NCBI GenBank assembly: GCA_028534125.1
Contig: CM052817.1
Coordinates: 103,976,001-104,040,000 of the forward strand
Length of the DNA stretch: 64,000 nt
Direction: 5' to 3'
Source: Lama glama
Lineage: Eukaryota
Within the stretch, counting starts at the first letter, position 1. Each line of letters begins with the position of its first letter. Below the pieces are notes generated by a model. That model saw nothing but the letters and a program-made list of their open reading frames with translations, was not told the origin of the DNA and did no database searches. The translations under genes and the position numbers were made by a program. Below, in pieces: positions 38,944 through 51,864 of the stretch.

Positions 38944-39729
38944 TGGGGGACATGGTAATTGATAAAACATTTTTCATAAGTTTCTATATCAAAGCCAAGA
39001 AAATGTATTTGATTATCTCTTTGCAAAAATCCAAACTGATTATTTGGAAGAAATTTCAGAGTAATTTATTCATTTGTTATCATGTGCTCTTTCAGATAAT
39101 AAGCCATTAAAAATGGATTGTGTGCTAAAAGGATTTTTAAACAATGTATTTAAAAATATTTTAAATGGTTTTATCATGTTAATGGACTATTGGTATGTGT
39201 GTTTTCTTCATCGGCTTTTGTATTTTTAGTGCACATCTATGTCTAAAACTCGATCAGTATTATGAACAATTCCTTAATGTTTTCTCAGCCATCTGTTTCA
39301 TTGGTTGAACTATTTTTCCTTTAAGCATTTCTGAGATGATGTTACCATTTGTATCATCAGCTAGGAAACCTGGTAGAGAAGCAAAAAGAAGAAAAATAAA
39401 TACATTACATTAAATTAAATCAGTGGGCTTTACAGCAGTTTTTGAGGGAACTATGGGACAATAAAGTGTCTGAGAATAGCCTTCATATATCTAACTCTGC
39501 TGTGCTCCAAAGAGAAATCACATAGCAAGTTAGTGAGTTTTCCCTGCTTGAGTCAAAGACAGTGCATGACAGCATTCTTAATATTTAATATAGACCCTTC
39601 TGAGAATTTAACAGACAGGCACAGGATATTTGTCAGTACAAGCATTTAATAAACCAAATGAGGTTAAGTGGATGAAAGCAGGCTTCTGGGATAAAAAGGT
39701 AGAAATGATTAGAAGGAGGAATAATCAGG

Positions 39730-39840
39730 TGAAGACTGCCAACTCCTTAGAGACTCTGAGCCAGACCCACTCAGCTCAGCACTTCCAAACTCCTGACCTG
39801 CAGAGAGCGTGTGAGATAATAAATACACGGTGTTTTATTT
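39730..39840 (+). mobile_element. MLT1 LTR 3' fragment
   Basis: gagactctgagccagacc...ccaaactcctgacctgcagagagcgtgtgagataataaat. Confidence 0.7.
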
Positions 39841-40154
39841 TAGATTTTAGAATTCAAGCAGTGCTGTTTCCCCTTGTGTGAAAGGCCAGGACATGAAGTG
39901 GAGGAAGGAGGCCCCCCAAAATTGTATTTTTGTTATGCCAATATAAAACATTGGCTCTTTTCAATAATAGTTTTCTGTAGCTTTGGTGGAGAAGGAAGAA
40001 CTACAGAAATTAAGCTAGAGTTTAGTAAATTATCAAAAAAAAATCTCAATCTGAGGAGGTTCTGGATCTCAGCACTTATCATAGGGGAAAAATACTAGGG
40101 AAAAATTTTAGGTTAGAATCAAGAATTTTTCTGGAATATATGTTCTCTTGTAGT

Positions 40155-40668
40155 TGAAGGGAAGCAAAATTTACCTCTTTAGCATATTGATTATTGTAAG
40201 CTGGTTATTTTTAAGACACAGGCACAGGTGAAGCTCAGAAAACTGAGTAGAAGCTACTCTTTTTGTAAGAGACACATTTATACAGGAAATCTCCATTTGT
40301 AGAGTGTCTCCCTCCTGGACCAGGAGGAGGAAGACTTAAAAATCTCTAGAAACTTATCAAGGCAGAAGGTAAGGGCTTAAATCTGCATGAACAACCTTAT
40401 CTGCATTTTTTTGTGCTTTTCCTGGTCACCTTCCGCAACTGGCCTCCTGCCTCCCAACAGCTTTTGTTTTTAGCTGTGGATGATATTTAAGGTGATGGCT
40501 AGAGATATTTCAGGGAGTTCCGCAGCTTTCCTGGTCATCTCCCATGTACACAGAAGGAAAACATGTTATTAAACCTCTCTGTTTTTCTTCTGTTGATCTG
40601 TCTTTTTATTGCAGGTGTATTTTAGCCTAGAATCTAGAAAGAGGCAAAATGATTTTGTCTTCCCCATG
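40155..40668 (+). mobile_element. MER34/MER39-like ERV1 solo LTR
   Basis: Starts TGAAGGG; contains aggaaatctccatttgt, aaatctctagaaact, TATA-like gatatttaagg and polyA-like ATTAAA; near-TSD TAGT/TAAT. Confidence 0.85.
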
Positions 40669-40861
40669 TAATCAATCTAATACATTAAAACTAATATGAA
40701 GTAAAATGCAATATTCTATAGAGTGAGTTGTTGCTTTTGTGTATTCTTGTTCTACAGATTGGGAGTTTGAGACACAGGGATATAGGGACTGTTCCCACAA
40801 CCCTTGTGTATGGAGCAGACAGAAGCTAAGCTGGATATAATCAAGAATATTTTCTTGGAAA

Positions 40862-41432
40862 TGTTACTGAATGCAGGTTTGTGTGCCCGATGCTCTGTGA
40901 GGCCAAACAAACCAAAACATTGGATTTTGGAGCAGAGAAAGGTTCACTGCAGGGCCAAGCAAGGAAAACTGGTGGCTTATTCTCAAAAAATCCCTGAATT
41001 CCTTGATAGTTTTTAGGGAGAAGTTTTTATGGGCAAAATTAGGGGTGAGGGCTGTAGAGTGTGTGACTTTCTCCTGATTGCTGGTGGTGAGGTCACGGCG
41101 GTGCTCCAGGAATCTTGTGCTCAACCTGAAGTCACCATCTTCCATCTGGGTGGGGGCCTTGGTTCCTGCGGAAGAACTCAAAGGTATTGTTATGTATGTT
41201 CCTTAAAGAGGAACCAGGACCCAGCTTTAATCACTGCACTATTGTTTCTTGACTGTTTCTCCTTTGTTTCCACATCCCCTCCCTTTCCTGATTGGCAGCT
41301 GTTTGAATCTGCCCTTTGGAACTCAGGGAAGGTCAAGGAGGCTGAATGAAGCCTATTTCCTACAAACAGGAAACAGGAGCCATGGGAAGGATTTGTACCT
41401 GGAAGGGTCCCACAGAGTCCCGCTCAGTTTCA
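40862..41432 (-). mobile_element. ERV1 solo LTR (571 bp), related to 37186-37765
   Basis: TGTTAC...TTTCA termini; exact TSD GAAA (40858-40861 and 41433-41436); shares aatcttgtgctca.cctgaagtcaccatc and tctgccctttggaactcagggaaggtca. Confidence 0.92.
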
Positions 41433-42240
41433 GAAATTTACAGTGTACAGATGAGGAGAGAGTGATCTGGCAGAGAGAAAAGAGAAGTCCAGGGAAAAGT
41501 TTTAGGGAAAGTCTATCTGAGACATGATGAGAAAGAGGTGTGAAGAAAGGGAAATTAGAGCTAAACTGTAGCAGCAAAAACAGAATAAGGTGTCACAAAT
41601 GTGTGGCTACCTCAGCTGGATTTAAGATGTAATAAAACTTAATTCTGTATAAAATCACATTTCTGCTTTTCAGCTTGTCCCAGCAAAGACCATCAGAATC
41701 TCTTTGACTCGGTCATATCACTGGGTAGAAATTTGGGTGCTGAGGTAAATAAGGATCCTGGTAATGCTAGTTACAGTGGAAACTGTTCCCATTTTATCTG
41801 ATGCTGAAAATCTTAAAAAAAAAATTCCATATCTGTCTTTGATTTTAGATTTTGCAGTGCCTCCAGATCACATTATTTTCATTGTATGTTTCTGTGGATT
41901 TGAGACAAAGGAGAGATAGTCTAATACAGGCCGTATCTTGAAAAAGCCTGTTCCAAGTCAAACCGCTGTTAAATTTCATCACCTTTATCTTTGACCATTT
42001 CCCTTAGAAGTGCATTGAATTTTTGTATTTTTCAAGGGAAAAATGGTCAAATATACTGAAACTCCATATTGGTCATTTATTATGACTATCCTAGACGAGT
42101 CAGTAAAGTAATTTCCCTGGCTAATGCCAGGTTCTAACAGTTTTATTGTTTTTATGATCATCTCTTATTATTTCATTTGAAGTTTCTAGCCAAATATATC
42201 ATAAAAAAGACACAAATACATTCTATTATATATATATTTT

Positions 42241-42405
42241 CTTTTTTTAACTGAAGTATAGTCAGTTTACAATGTGTCAATTTCTGGTGTACAGCATAAT
42301 GTTTCAGTCACACATATACATACATGTATTTGTTTTCATATTCTTTTTCATTATGGGTTACTACAAGATATTGAATATAGTTCCCTGTACTACACAAAAA
42401 AACTT
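42241..42405 (-). mobile_element. Short young L1 3' end
   Basis: tttttaactgaagtatagtcagtttacaatgtgtcaatttctggtgtacagc. Confidence 0.9.
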
Positions 42406-44386
42406 ACTATTTATATTATATTTTTGTAGGCATGTACCATAAATGCTCTTGTATAATTTATTCAGCATGTGCATACATTATAAGATGGTATAAAAAGATA
42501 CTAGAAGGCCATCAAATAATTAATATTAAATGTTTTCTCTATTGTTTATCCAAGTATAAATAACTGTAGCTCATTAAAGCATTCTGTAGCATCCAGAAGA
42601 TAATTTTTGTCCTTCATAGTAATTTTAGATAGGAGCCAACTCCACAGGGACTTTCCCAGAGATAATCTCCTTTATCTTAACTTATAGTGTCATGTAGAAC
42701 TCAATGGATAGAGACATTCCAGAAAGAGAAATTTTAAGTGTGTGAGCTTAAATTCTCATTTAAAAAATATTTCAGAAATAATCTGTCATCATATTTGAAC
42801 AGCAGTCTATAGTATTCATGGGGCAACTAAATTGTTAAAAAAAAACTTGACTTTCTTGTAAATGAAGATATTTGTAAAATGACTTTATAGAGGTGATATT
42901 CAGGTTTTATGTTTTGTTTTCTTTCTTTGTGGTGATGGTAGTGTTATATACTTTTTTAAATTTCACCAAACATGATTTAATTTTCAAATATATAAAAGGA
43001 AGGAGATATTTTTCTAAAGGCTAAACTGATCCAGAAATTAATGTCTTAGCATCTTTTCTTCTTGGCTATTTCTTCTTAGTTGCAGAGGAAAATGGCCTGC
43101 TGGGAGGGACTGGATGCACAGTCCAAAGCCCAGTATGGAGACAGCCTGCTCAAGGCCTGGATTTTAAAGTAATGGACACCGTCCATAAGCACCAACCCTG
43201 CTGCCTTTGGGCCCTGAGTGGTTATGCCCAAGATAATGGTGTTTCATGGCAGGTAAAAGAGACAGGATCTTATGGATGTAAGAAGGGAAATGAATAGAAA
43301 ACTCAGGCAGGCAGCCACGCACAGAGGTTCTGGTCTGTGGCAAGATCCTAGATTCTCAGTTCTAACTAGAGAGATGCTTGAGGGATTTGAGATGTTGAGG
43401 AAGATGTCAGGACCCTATACTCAGAGAGATTATGTCATTGGGCAGGTTAATAAGACAGCAGTTTGGAAGTGGTGAGCAAGGTTGGTTATCAGTGCCCTGT
43501 GAACAGTAGGGTTGTCATTTTAGAAATAAGTAGAAATCCAGTTACGAGGATTGTACCCCAAGCTGAGACAGTGTAGACTTGCTGATAACATTTATTCTTG
43601 TATTTATTAAACATTTACAGGGATGCTTTTAAATACCAAATACTCTGTTATGATTCTGAGTCCTAGAATACTACTTTTTAGGGGTGTAAAAACCTCCTTA
43701 TAATGCCAGAGTTATTTCTAAAGCACAACTGAGCCTATAAATGGGGTTCAGTGAGATTTCAGAGGTAGGGGATGAGGGGGGACCTGACAAAGGTAGTTGC
43801 TACACACAGTACTGAATGAATCTCATAACTATGCAAGAGGTTTTATAAAATGGGCCATAATAGAGCACAGTATATATGTGTTTCTGTGCACATATGATTG
43901 TGTAACTATCATTGCATCTTGCACTGAAATTGAAGCTACAGCTAGAGTTGTACGAATATAAAATTTCTCAAACTTTTAATACTTTATCAGCCAAGGAAAG
44001 GATAAATTTATTTTACTGCCTCAATCCAATATAACACATTAGAAAACATTTTTGTTATGATATCATTCAAGACCTAGATTTTTAAAATTCAGTATGTTAA
44101 ACATGCTATTTATGGGTCAGAGGAATAAACACATTAAATACATTATTATCAAAGAATTCACAAGTCCTTTGATGGCTGTATATAGGCCAAGGGTGAATTT
44201 GTGGTATAGAAAATAGTATTTATAATCAAGATATGTTTGATAGGAGTTTATGTTCTTGGTCTATTCATTATCATCCACTGATACAGACATGTCTGTGTCT
44301 GATCCCTGTCCTGTATTTTTCCTTGTCACTATATAGTCTTTTGTCATCACAAGGCATTCTGTACTTCTCTGACTTCATATGCTCCC

Positions 44387-44417
44387 GTGTATGTGTGTGT
44401 GTGTGTGTGTGTGTATG
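44387..44417. repeat. (TG)n microsatellite
   Basis: Directly visible. Confidence 0.95.
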
Positions 44418-45914
44418 CTGAGACCTTATAAACACAAAGACACCTAAGTAAATTCGGCCATAGTCCCAGGAATAATATTTAAGCATCGTATGGTGTTTTA
44501 TAGCAATGGGTCTAAAGGATGTTTGATAACTCTTTATATTAACCTTCAAAAATTAGCAATCACTTTTGTTCAGCATTCAAGTGAAGACAGTGATTAAAGC
44601 CAAAAGATGATGAATGAAAATGATGTTGCTTGATTAAAATTAGGTTTTACTAAAATTAGTACTGACTTTGTTCTTTGTGAGCTAATCAAGCTTGTCATGT
44701 AAGTGGCTGCCTTCTTTTCTTTAGAATAGACTTTCTGTAAATGAAATATGATGATTTAATTGCAAAATTTCTCACTGGTCAGTCTTTCTAGTATATGTTT
44801 TATGATGTCGTTCTGTGAGTTAACTCACAACGTTTATTGATGATGTGCCTAGAGGTCATTCAATCATTTTCATTACAATTACAGAATTAAAGCATATACA
44901 TTGTCCATAATCAGTCATAAGAGTCTGCAAGTAGAGTTGGTTATGGATTTAAGAACTTATTCTCCTGTCAAAATGCATTAGTCTCACTTAACCTTTATGA
45001 GTCTGACCTATAATATTAGAGTTTCTGGGAAAAATGTATAGGAGAGAATACAATTTTTCAATAGTTTAATGTTGGGCACTTATGTGTAAATTGGGCTTAG
45101 AGCTAGGAGCAAAAGACAGGACATTTGGTCTAAAGCCAATAATTTTGATTCTGCAACTCTTAGTCTCAAACAGCATATAAAAATACACACACACTATGAC
45201 ACTTTAATTCTGTTCTCCACTTAAGAATGTGTGTGTCCAGCACTTCAGAATGTCCTTTTCACATGTCTTTGCTGGACTTAAAAGATGACATGTTAACTGT
45301 TCTAAAATTTGAAGGATTTCTGCAGTAAATTTGTTGTATTTCTATCCATATAGCAGAAGTCTGTTCCAGGGGGAAGGGGGTTCTAACCTATGAAGAATCT
45401 CACAATTGGGGTTGCCAAATTTTTGCATACTTTCAAAATAAATTGACTAATTCTCTGTCAATGGAATAATGAAAGAAGCAGCCACATTAGGATATGTCAG
45501 AAATATTGTGGAGGAAAATTCTATGGAGGCTGAATTCCATGATTTGTTCTTTTACTCCACCTCAAAATTTTTTTTAATCATTTTTTTCTTACTCTTTTAG
45601 GATCTCTTTTATGCTTTTTCTTCCTCTATCAAAGCAACATATTACTAGTGTTGCAGATGGAATTTGGACAGAAGTTGACAAGTTGAAGAAAATACATTAT
45701 TTCCCTTTGCTGTTCACTTTAATCCCTAAACTTTTATATCCGTCTGCATCTTGTTCACGAAATGTTGAATCTACTAGTTGTAAGGAGGAAGCAAGATTCC
45801 CTAACCTTTTGTGTTCTGTTTTTATGTATGTATTGTTTGCAGGTTTCTAGACAGCAATGCTTTCAGGGATAGGATTATTCTGATATTCCAGGGATTCTAA
45901 AGTTTTGGTACTAC

Positions 45915-46553
45915 TGAAATGGAGCAGGACCATGTGGGTCTCTCCTGAGTACAGTTCTTTTCCCATGTCCCCCGTATCTTGTTTGTAGGAACTAGATTTC
46001 ATTCAGCCACCTTGATCTTCTCTGAGTTGCAAAGGCAGATTCAAAGATTTGCTCATCAGGGAAAGGGGGAATGCAGAAACAAGGGAGGAACTGCCAAGAA
46101 ACAATAGTGCAGCCTTGGGGCAGGGTCCTGGTTCCTCCTTATAAGGAATATATATAACATACCTTTGAATTCTTCTGCAGGAGCTAAGGTCCCCACCCAG
46201 GTGAACTGTAATAACTGGTAACTTAACTTTAGTAACTGGTAACTTCAGATGGTAACTTTAGTTTGAGTATGACATTCCTGGAGCATCATTCTGTTACTTC
46301 ACCACCAACCAATCAGAAGACAGTCTACACACAGTGGGAGAGAATGAAGACTCTGACCCCCTCCCCAAATGATTCTCCCTTTAAAAGCTGCCATGGCCCA
46401 GCAGAATCTTTAGATTTGGTTTTTGGATACGAATCTATCTTTCCCCCAGGTTGCTGGACTCCTGCATAAAGCAACATTTCCTTTTCCAACCAATACTTGT
46501 CTCTTGAGTTTTGGCTTTTGAGTGGCGAGCAGTTGAATTTGAGTTCAGTAACA
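45915..46553 (+). mobile_element. ERV1 solo LTR (639 bp), same superfamily as 37186 and 40862 in opposite orientation
   Basis: TGAAAT...GTAACA termini; agaaacaatagtgcagcc, CCAAT box (accaaccaatcag), TATA-like tttaaaa and polyA-like cataaagcaac; TSD only partial (CTAC/CTGT). Confidence 0.88.
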
Positions 46554-46660
46554 CTGTACTTGTTTGAACAAATATTTCATTATGATCTCATAAATCAGCA
46601 TGCTAAGCTATAAAAGCAAATGAACATTTAAATTCTTTACTGAAAGTAAGAGTAGCAGCA

Positions 46661-48411
46661 TGTATTAGTTATTTATAGCTGCATAAAAATTACTCTCAAA
46701 TTTAGCAACTCAGAACAACTTAGGAGAGCCTTAACTTGGTGGTTCTCACTGAGTCTCTGATGCAACTGCAGTCAAGATGTCAGTCTAAGCTATAGCTAGC
46801 TGGGGCCTGAGCTGGGGCTACAGGTTCCACTTTCAATCTTGACCAAAGACTCAGTTACTTATTGGCTTTGGGCTACTGGCCTCGGTTCCTTGTCATGGGG
46901 GCCATTCCAGTGTGCTCCTCAGAACAAGGCAGGTAACTTCCTGTAGAGTGAGTGATCCAAAAAGAGAGAGTGCCAAGAAAGCCACAGAGTCACAGAGACA
47001 GCTTCTATGACCTGCTCTCTGCAGTCACACGCTAGCACATCCATCTTATTCTATTCATCATTAGAAGCAATGTGCTAAGTCCAGCCCCAACTCAAGAGGA
47101 GCGAAAGCAGTCTCTGCTTTTGTTTTTTTTTTTTTAATTGAAGTATAGTCAATTTACAATGTTGTGTCAATTTCTGGTGTACAGCATCATGTTTCAGTCA
47201 TACACGTACATACATTCATTATCAAACTCTTTTTAACCATAAGTTACTACAAGATGTTGAATATAGTTCCCTGTGCTATACAGAAGAAACTTGTTGATCT
47301 GTTTCCTATATAGTAGTTAGTAGTTAGTATCTGCAAATCTTGAACTCCCAATTTGTCCCTTCTCAATCCCTTTCCCCCCCGTAACTGTAAGTATGTTTAC
47401 TATGTCTGTGAGTCTATTTCTGTTTTATAAGTAAGTTCATATGTGTCTTTTTTTTAAATTCCACATATAAGTGATGTCATATGTATATGTCTTTCTCTTT
47501 CCGGATTACTTCACTTAGAATGATGATCTCCAGTTCCACCCATGCTGCTGCAAATGGCATTATTTTATTCTTTTTTTTGACTGAGTAGTATTTCATGGTA
47601 TAAATATACCACAGCTTCTTTATCCAGTCCTCTCTTGGTGGACATTTAGGTTGTTTCTATGTCTTGGCTATTGTAAATTGTGTTGCTATGAATATTGATG
47701 GGCATGTATATTTTCAAATTGGAGTTCCCTTTAGATATATGCCTAGGAGTGGGATGGCTGGGTCATATGGTAAGTTTATTTTTATTTTTTTGTGGAATCT
47801 TTGCACTATTTTCCCTAATGGCTGCACCAACTACATTCCCACCAACAATATAGGATGGTTCCCTTTTCTCCACACCATCTACTGCATTTATTGTTTGTGA
47901 ACTTTTGAATGATGGCCATTCTGACTGGTGTGAGGTGATACCTCATTGTAGTTTTGATTTGCATTTCTTAGTGCCTGTTGACCATTTGTATGTCTTCATT
48001 AGAGAGTTGTGTGTTTAGGGCTTCTGTCCATTTCTGGATTGGGTTGTTTGTTTTTTTGTTAAGTTGTATGAGCTGTGTATATATTTTGGAAATTAAACTT
48101 TGCCATTCGTATCATTTGCAAATATTTTCTCCCATTCCTTAGGTGGTTGTTTTGTTTTGCTTATGGTTTCCTTTGCTGTGCAAAAGCTTGTAAGTTTAAT
48201 TAGGTCCCATTTGTTTAGTTTTGCTTTTATTTCTGTTGCCTGGGGAGACTGCCCTAGGAGAACATTGCTAAGATTTATGTCAGAGAATATTTTACCTATA
48301 TTTTCTTCTAGGAGGTTTATAGTGTCTTGCCTTATATTTAAGTCTTTAATAGGCTCTGCCATTTGAAGGGAGAAGTATCAAAGGATTTGTGGACATTTAA
48401 AAACTACTACA
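46661..48411 (-). mobile_element. MLT1 LTR split by L1 (pieces 46661-47122 and 48351-48411)
   Basis: tgtattagttatttatagctgcata...ctactaca; 5-bp near-TSD CAGCA/TAGCA. Confidence 0.82.
47123..48350 (-). mobile_element. Young L1 3' ~1.2 kb
   Basis: ORF 48093-48362 (IKDLNIRQDTINLLEENIG...[15 protein letters not shown]) is L1 ORF2p; poly-T; degenerate TSD agtctctgcttttg / aggctctgccatttg. Confidence 0.95.
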
Positions 48412-49466
48412 TAGCACTGCTGTTAATAGTCACTGCCACTTAACGGGAGCTTATCATAAATTAAACACTGTTCTCTGTAAGCACAAAGCTAGTTCTGTGT
48501 CACTCTCCTTCCTTTCTCCTTCAGATTTGCCTGGTGCCCACAGAAGCCCCTGCCTGAGTACCTCCTCACAAAGCTATGGTCTCCCTCTTTCATGTCTTAC
48601 TCTGTCCTCTTCTCCTTCCTCTGAGACTGAGATTCGGTCTACTGACCCTAGAAGCAACTGTTTATTTTCCCTGATCAGGAAGGTGGATTGGTTTACACCT
48701 ATTTGTTCACATGAGCTAAATTTTCCCCAAAAATCCTTAGCAAAGGGACTAGATCATAGAAGTGTATCCTTCCCTATGCCATATCTGAAGGCGAGGGATT
48801 CGACAAGGGCCATGAATTTCCTTAGATGTCTTGTTTTCTTTAAAAAAATAAGAAAAAGTCAGATATCCACTCTCAGCCTATTTCTGGCATTAGGATTAAG
48901 GGACACTTTTATTTCCTCCCTCAACCTTACAAACTTGACTATCATTCAGTCTAGTGCTTTTTTGGAGAAACCTCCATGGTAAACTAAAAGTTTCCATATG
49001 AAGATTAACTGCTAAAGAGAACTTTTCAAAGTAAAGGCTGTTAACCATGATAATTAGTAGAATAACGCTACTTATTATAACATTCCATTAAACCCAGTTA
49101 GGGAAACTCATGTGTTTAATTCAATCTATCATTATTCTCTAATAGATTTAGACATTTTTTAAGCTAATAGGGCCAAATAAGTAAAATACAGTGATAGCAA
49201 AGGAAATTCAACCTTCCATCATCAAGGGGAGAGTCTGTGCCTCTAAATTGAGCTGGAATCACTGTACTGTCTGTACTGTGTGGTTTGTTAAACTGGATGG
49301 GTGCCCCTCTCAAGTGCTGCCTTCATTGTTGCCATCCGCAGCATCACCATCAACATTTACTGAAGACATTATTATGAAGACAACGGATTATGTGACTAAT
49401 ATTTTGCAAACATTCTGTAATTTAACTATAAAAACATGTCTATAAATTAACCCCCTTAAAATATCA

Positions 49467-50403
49467 TTTTTAAGTGAAGTATAGTTTTTTTCAGTTTATT
49501 ATTATTATCTTTATTATTATTTTGCTTTTTATTGAAATGTAGTTGATTTCCAATGTTAGTTTTTGCTGTACTGCAAAGAGATTCAGTTATACATATACAT
49601 AGATAAATATTTTTCAGGTTTTTTTTCCATATATGTTATTTCAAGACATACAACACAGTTCCCTGTACTATACTGTAGGTCTTTGTTGTATACATTTTAT
49701 ATACGGTAATATATATATGTTAATCCCAAACTCGTTTTTTTAGTGAATTACAGTTAATTACAATGTGTCAGTCTCTGGTGCACAGTGCAATGTTCCAGTC
49801 CTACATATAAACACATATACCCATTTTCACATTTTCTTCCATTAAACGTTATTACAAGATATTGATCATAGCTCCTTGTGCTATACAAAAGAAACTTTTT
49901 AAAAAATCTGTTTTTATATATAGTGGCTAACATCTGTAAATCTCAAACTCCCAAATTTATCCCCTCCCACCCTCTTTTCCCGGTAACCATAAGATTGTTT
50001 AATAAGTCTGAGAGTCTATTTCTGTTTTGTAGATGAGTTCATAGTGTTCTTTTCTTCCTTTTCTTTTCTTTTCTTTTTCAGATTCCACATGTGAATGATA
50101 TCTTGTGGTATTTTTCTTTCTCTTTCTGGCTTACTTCACTTAGAATGATGATCTCTAGGTCCATCTGTGTTGCTACAAATAGCATTATTTTATTCTTTTT
50201 ATGGCAGAGTAGTATTTCATTGTATAAATATACCACAACTTCTTTGTCCAGTCATCTATTGATGGACATTTAGGTTGCTTCCATGTCTTGGCTATTGTAA
50301 ATAGTGCTGTTGTGAACATTGGGGTGCATCTATCTTTAAGTGAAGTATAGTTGCTTTACAATGTTGTGTTAGTTTCTGGTGTACAGCAAATTGATTCAGT
50401 TAT

Positions 50404-50437
<34 letters not shown>

Positions 50438-50672
50438 TTATATGTTTCACATATATACTTATATGTTTTATATATATGTATACACATACACACACATGAT
50501 ACACACACACACATATACACATACATGCATACATATACTCTTTTTCAAATTCTTTTCCAGTATGGTTTATTACAGGACATTGAATATAGCTTCCTGTGCT
50601 ATACCGTAAGCCCTTGTTTATCTGTTTTGTATATAGCAGTGTGTATCTGCTAATCCCAAACTCTTAATTTAC
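49467..50672 (-). mobile_element. Cluster of three L1 3' ends (host 49467-49486 + 50335-50672; inserts ~49487-49733 and ~49735-50334)
   Basis: Three copies of the gaa(g/a)t(a/g)tagtt..ttacaatgt tail; 18-bp direct repeat TTTAAGTGAAGTATAGTT at 49469-49486 and 50335-50352. Confidence 0.9.
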
Positions 50673-50994
50673 ATTTCTAGGAAGCTATGAGGGGGCCTCA
50701 AGTCCATGAGTTGTTAAGTTATCTATGCTGTTAACCCCTGACCATGTCATAGTGCTTCCTCCACATATGACACCACCTTTACCAGCCCTCCTGGCTCTAT
50801 CTTCTATCACAATGTGGTAAGGTATTTATCTTCCTCTCAAACCCTTGGCAAAGGAAGGCAGTCCTATGATTGGCTGAGTGGACAGACATAGATTATTTTT
50901 TATTGGCAACCTTGGGTGGGGCACACCAGGATGTGGTGGGATATATCCAAGATGATAAGAGCACTCCTCTTGTCCTCCTCTTCCACACTATGTA

Positions 50995-51022
50995 GATAAA
51001 TAAATAAATAAATAAATAAATA
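50995..51022. repeat. (TAAA)n microsatellite
   Basis: Directly visible. Confidence 0.9.
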
Positions 51023-51654
51023 TTTAATTTAATAAAATAACACTGAGGGCATATAATGCCTTTGGCTAATTTTGATGCATTCATCAACATTAAGTGCTTT
51101 ATTCCCAGCTTAGTTTGTGTAAAGAGACATTCCTGTCATCAAATATCAGCAAATGCCATTCTCTTCAAATCCTTTGACCTCCTGACATCCTGACATCCTT
51201 GACCATCCTTGACCAGCTCTTGGGTTACTGTTAACAACTTTGTTACTTAGCTCTGCTTGTGTCCTACATTTAGGAGTGCTGGGAGGATTGGGTGTGATGG
51301 TAAAATTGGGGTTGGGGGAACTTCTCCCAATTTCTATTTACTGATTCTTACTTTCTGTTTCTAATTGCTTAGGGAAAATGGTGTCGTAGGAAAACCTGCA
51401 TTTCCATATTTTCATTCACAGACCTTTTTGGCTATTTGATTATACTTTCTGTCAGTCACTATGGATCATAACCTTTCACCAGAAAGCAAATTAATGTCTG
51501 AAAGATGGGGTGGCTGCAGGGAAGGAGAAAGACATATAGTGCATTGTTATTTGATGTGATCCACGGTTGTTTGAAATAGAGTGTTTGTATTCTCTATACA
51601 TTAAGTGCAAGGTTCTATGTAGTATGTTCTATTATCCATCGTTCCATTATATAT

Positions 51655-51864
51655 ATTGTAAACTATGTCTAGTAAGACATATACATACATACATCTGTAT
51701 GTATATACACACACATAGACACATGTATGCATGTGTACTTGCTGCCTTCACCCCATCTGTATATGTAGATGTGTGCACATATGTAAATGTGTGTATATAT
51801 ATATATACATATATGTGTGGGTATATATAACGTGCATATAGTCTTACTAGACATATTTTACAAT
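51655..51864. repeat. 24-bp inverted repeat enclosing an alternating purine-pyrimidine core
   Basis: ATTGTAAACTATGTCTAGTAAGAC (51655-51678) versus GTCTTACTAGACATATTTTACAAT (51841-51864): 23/24 complementary. Confidence 0.9.

Noticed and set aside
38768..39026. Tyr/Ile-rich ORFs (also at 50351-50653 and 51567-51931)
   Set aside because: They are translations of (TA)n/(CA)n low-complexity DNA.
37186..41432. Two related same-orientation LTRs as the ends of one provirus
   Set aside because: Each has its own exact TSD (GTTT and GAAA), their U5 ends differ, and the intervening DNA is not retroviral.
48497..48982. 161-aa Ser/Leu-rich ORF
   Set aside because: GTG start, composition simply reflects pyrimidine-rich DNA, and no recognisable homology.
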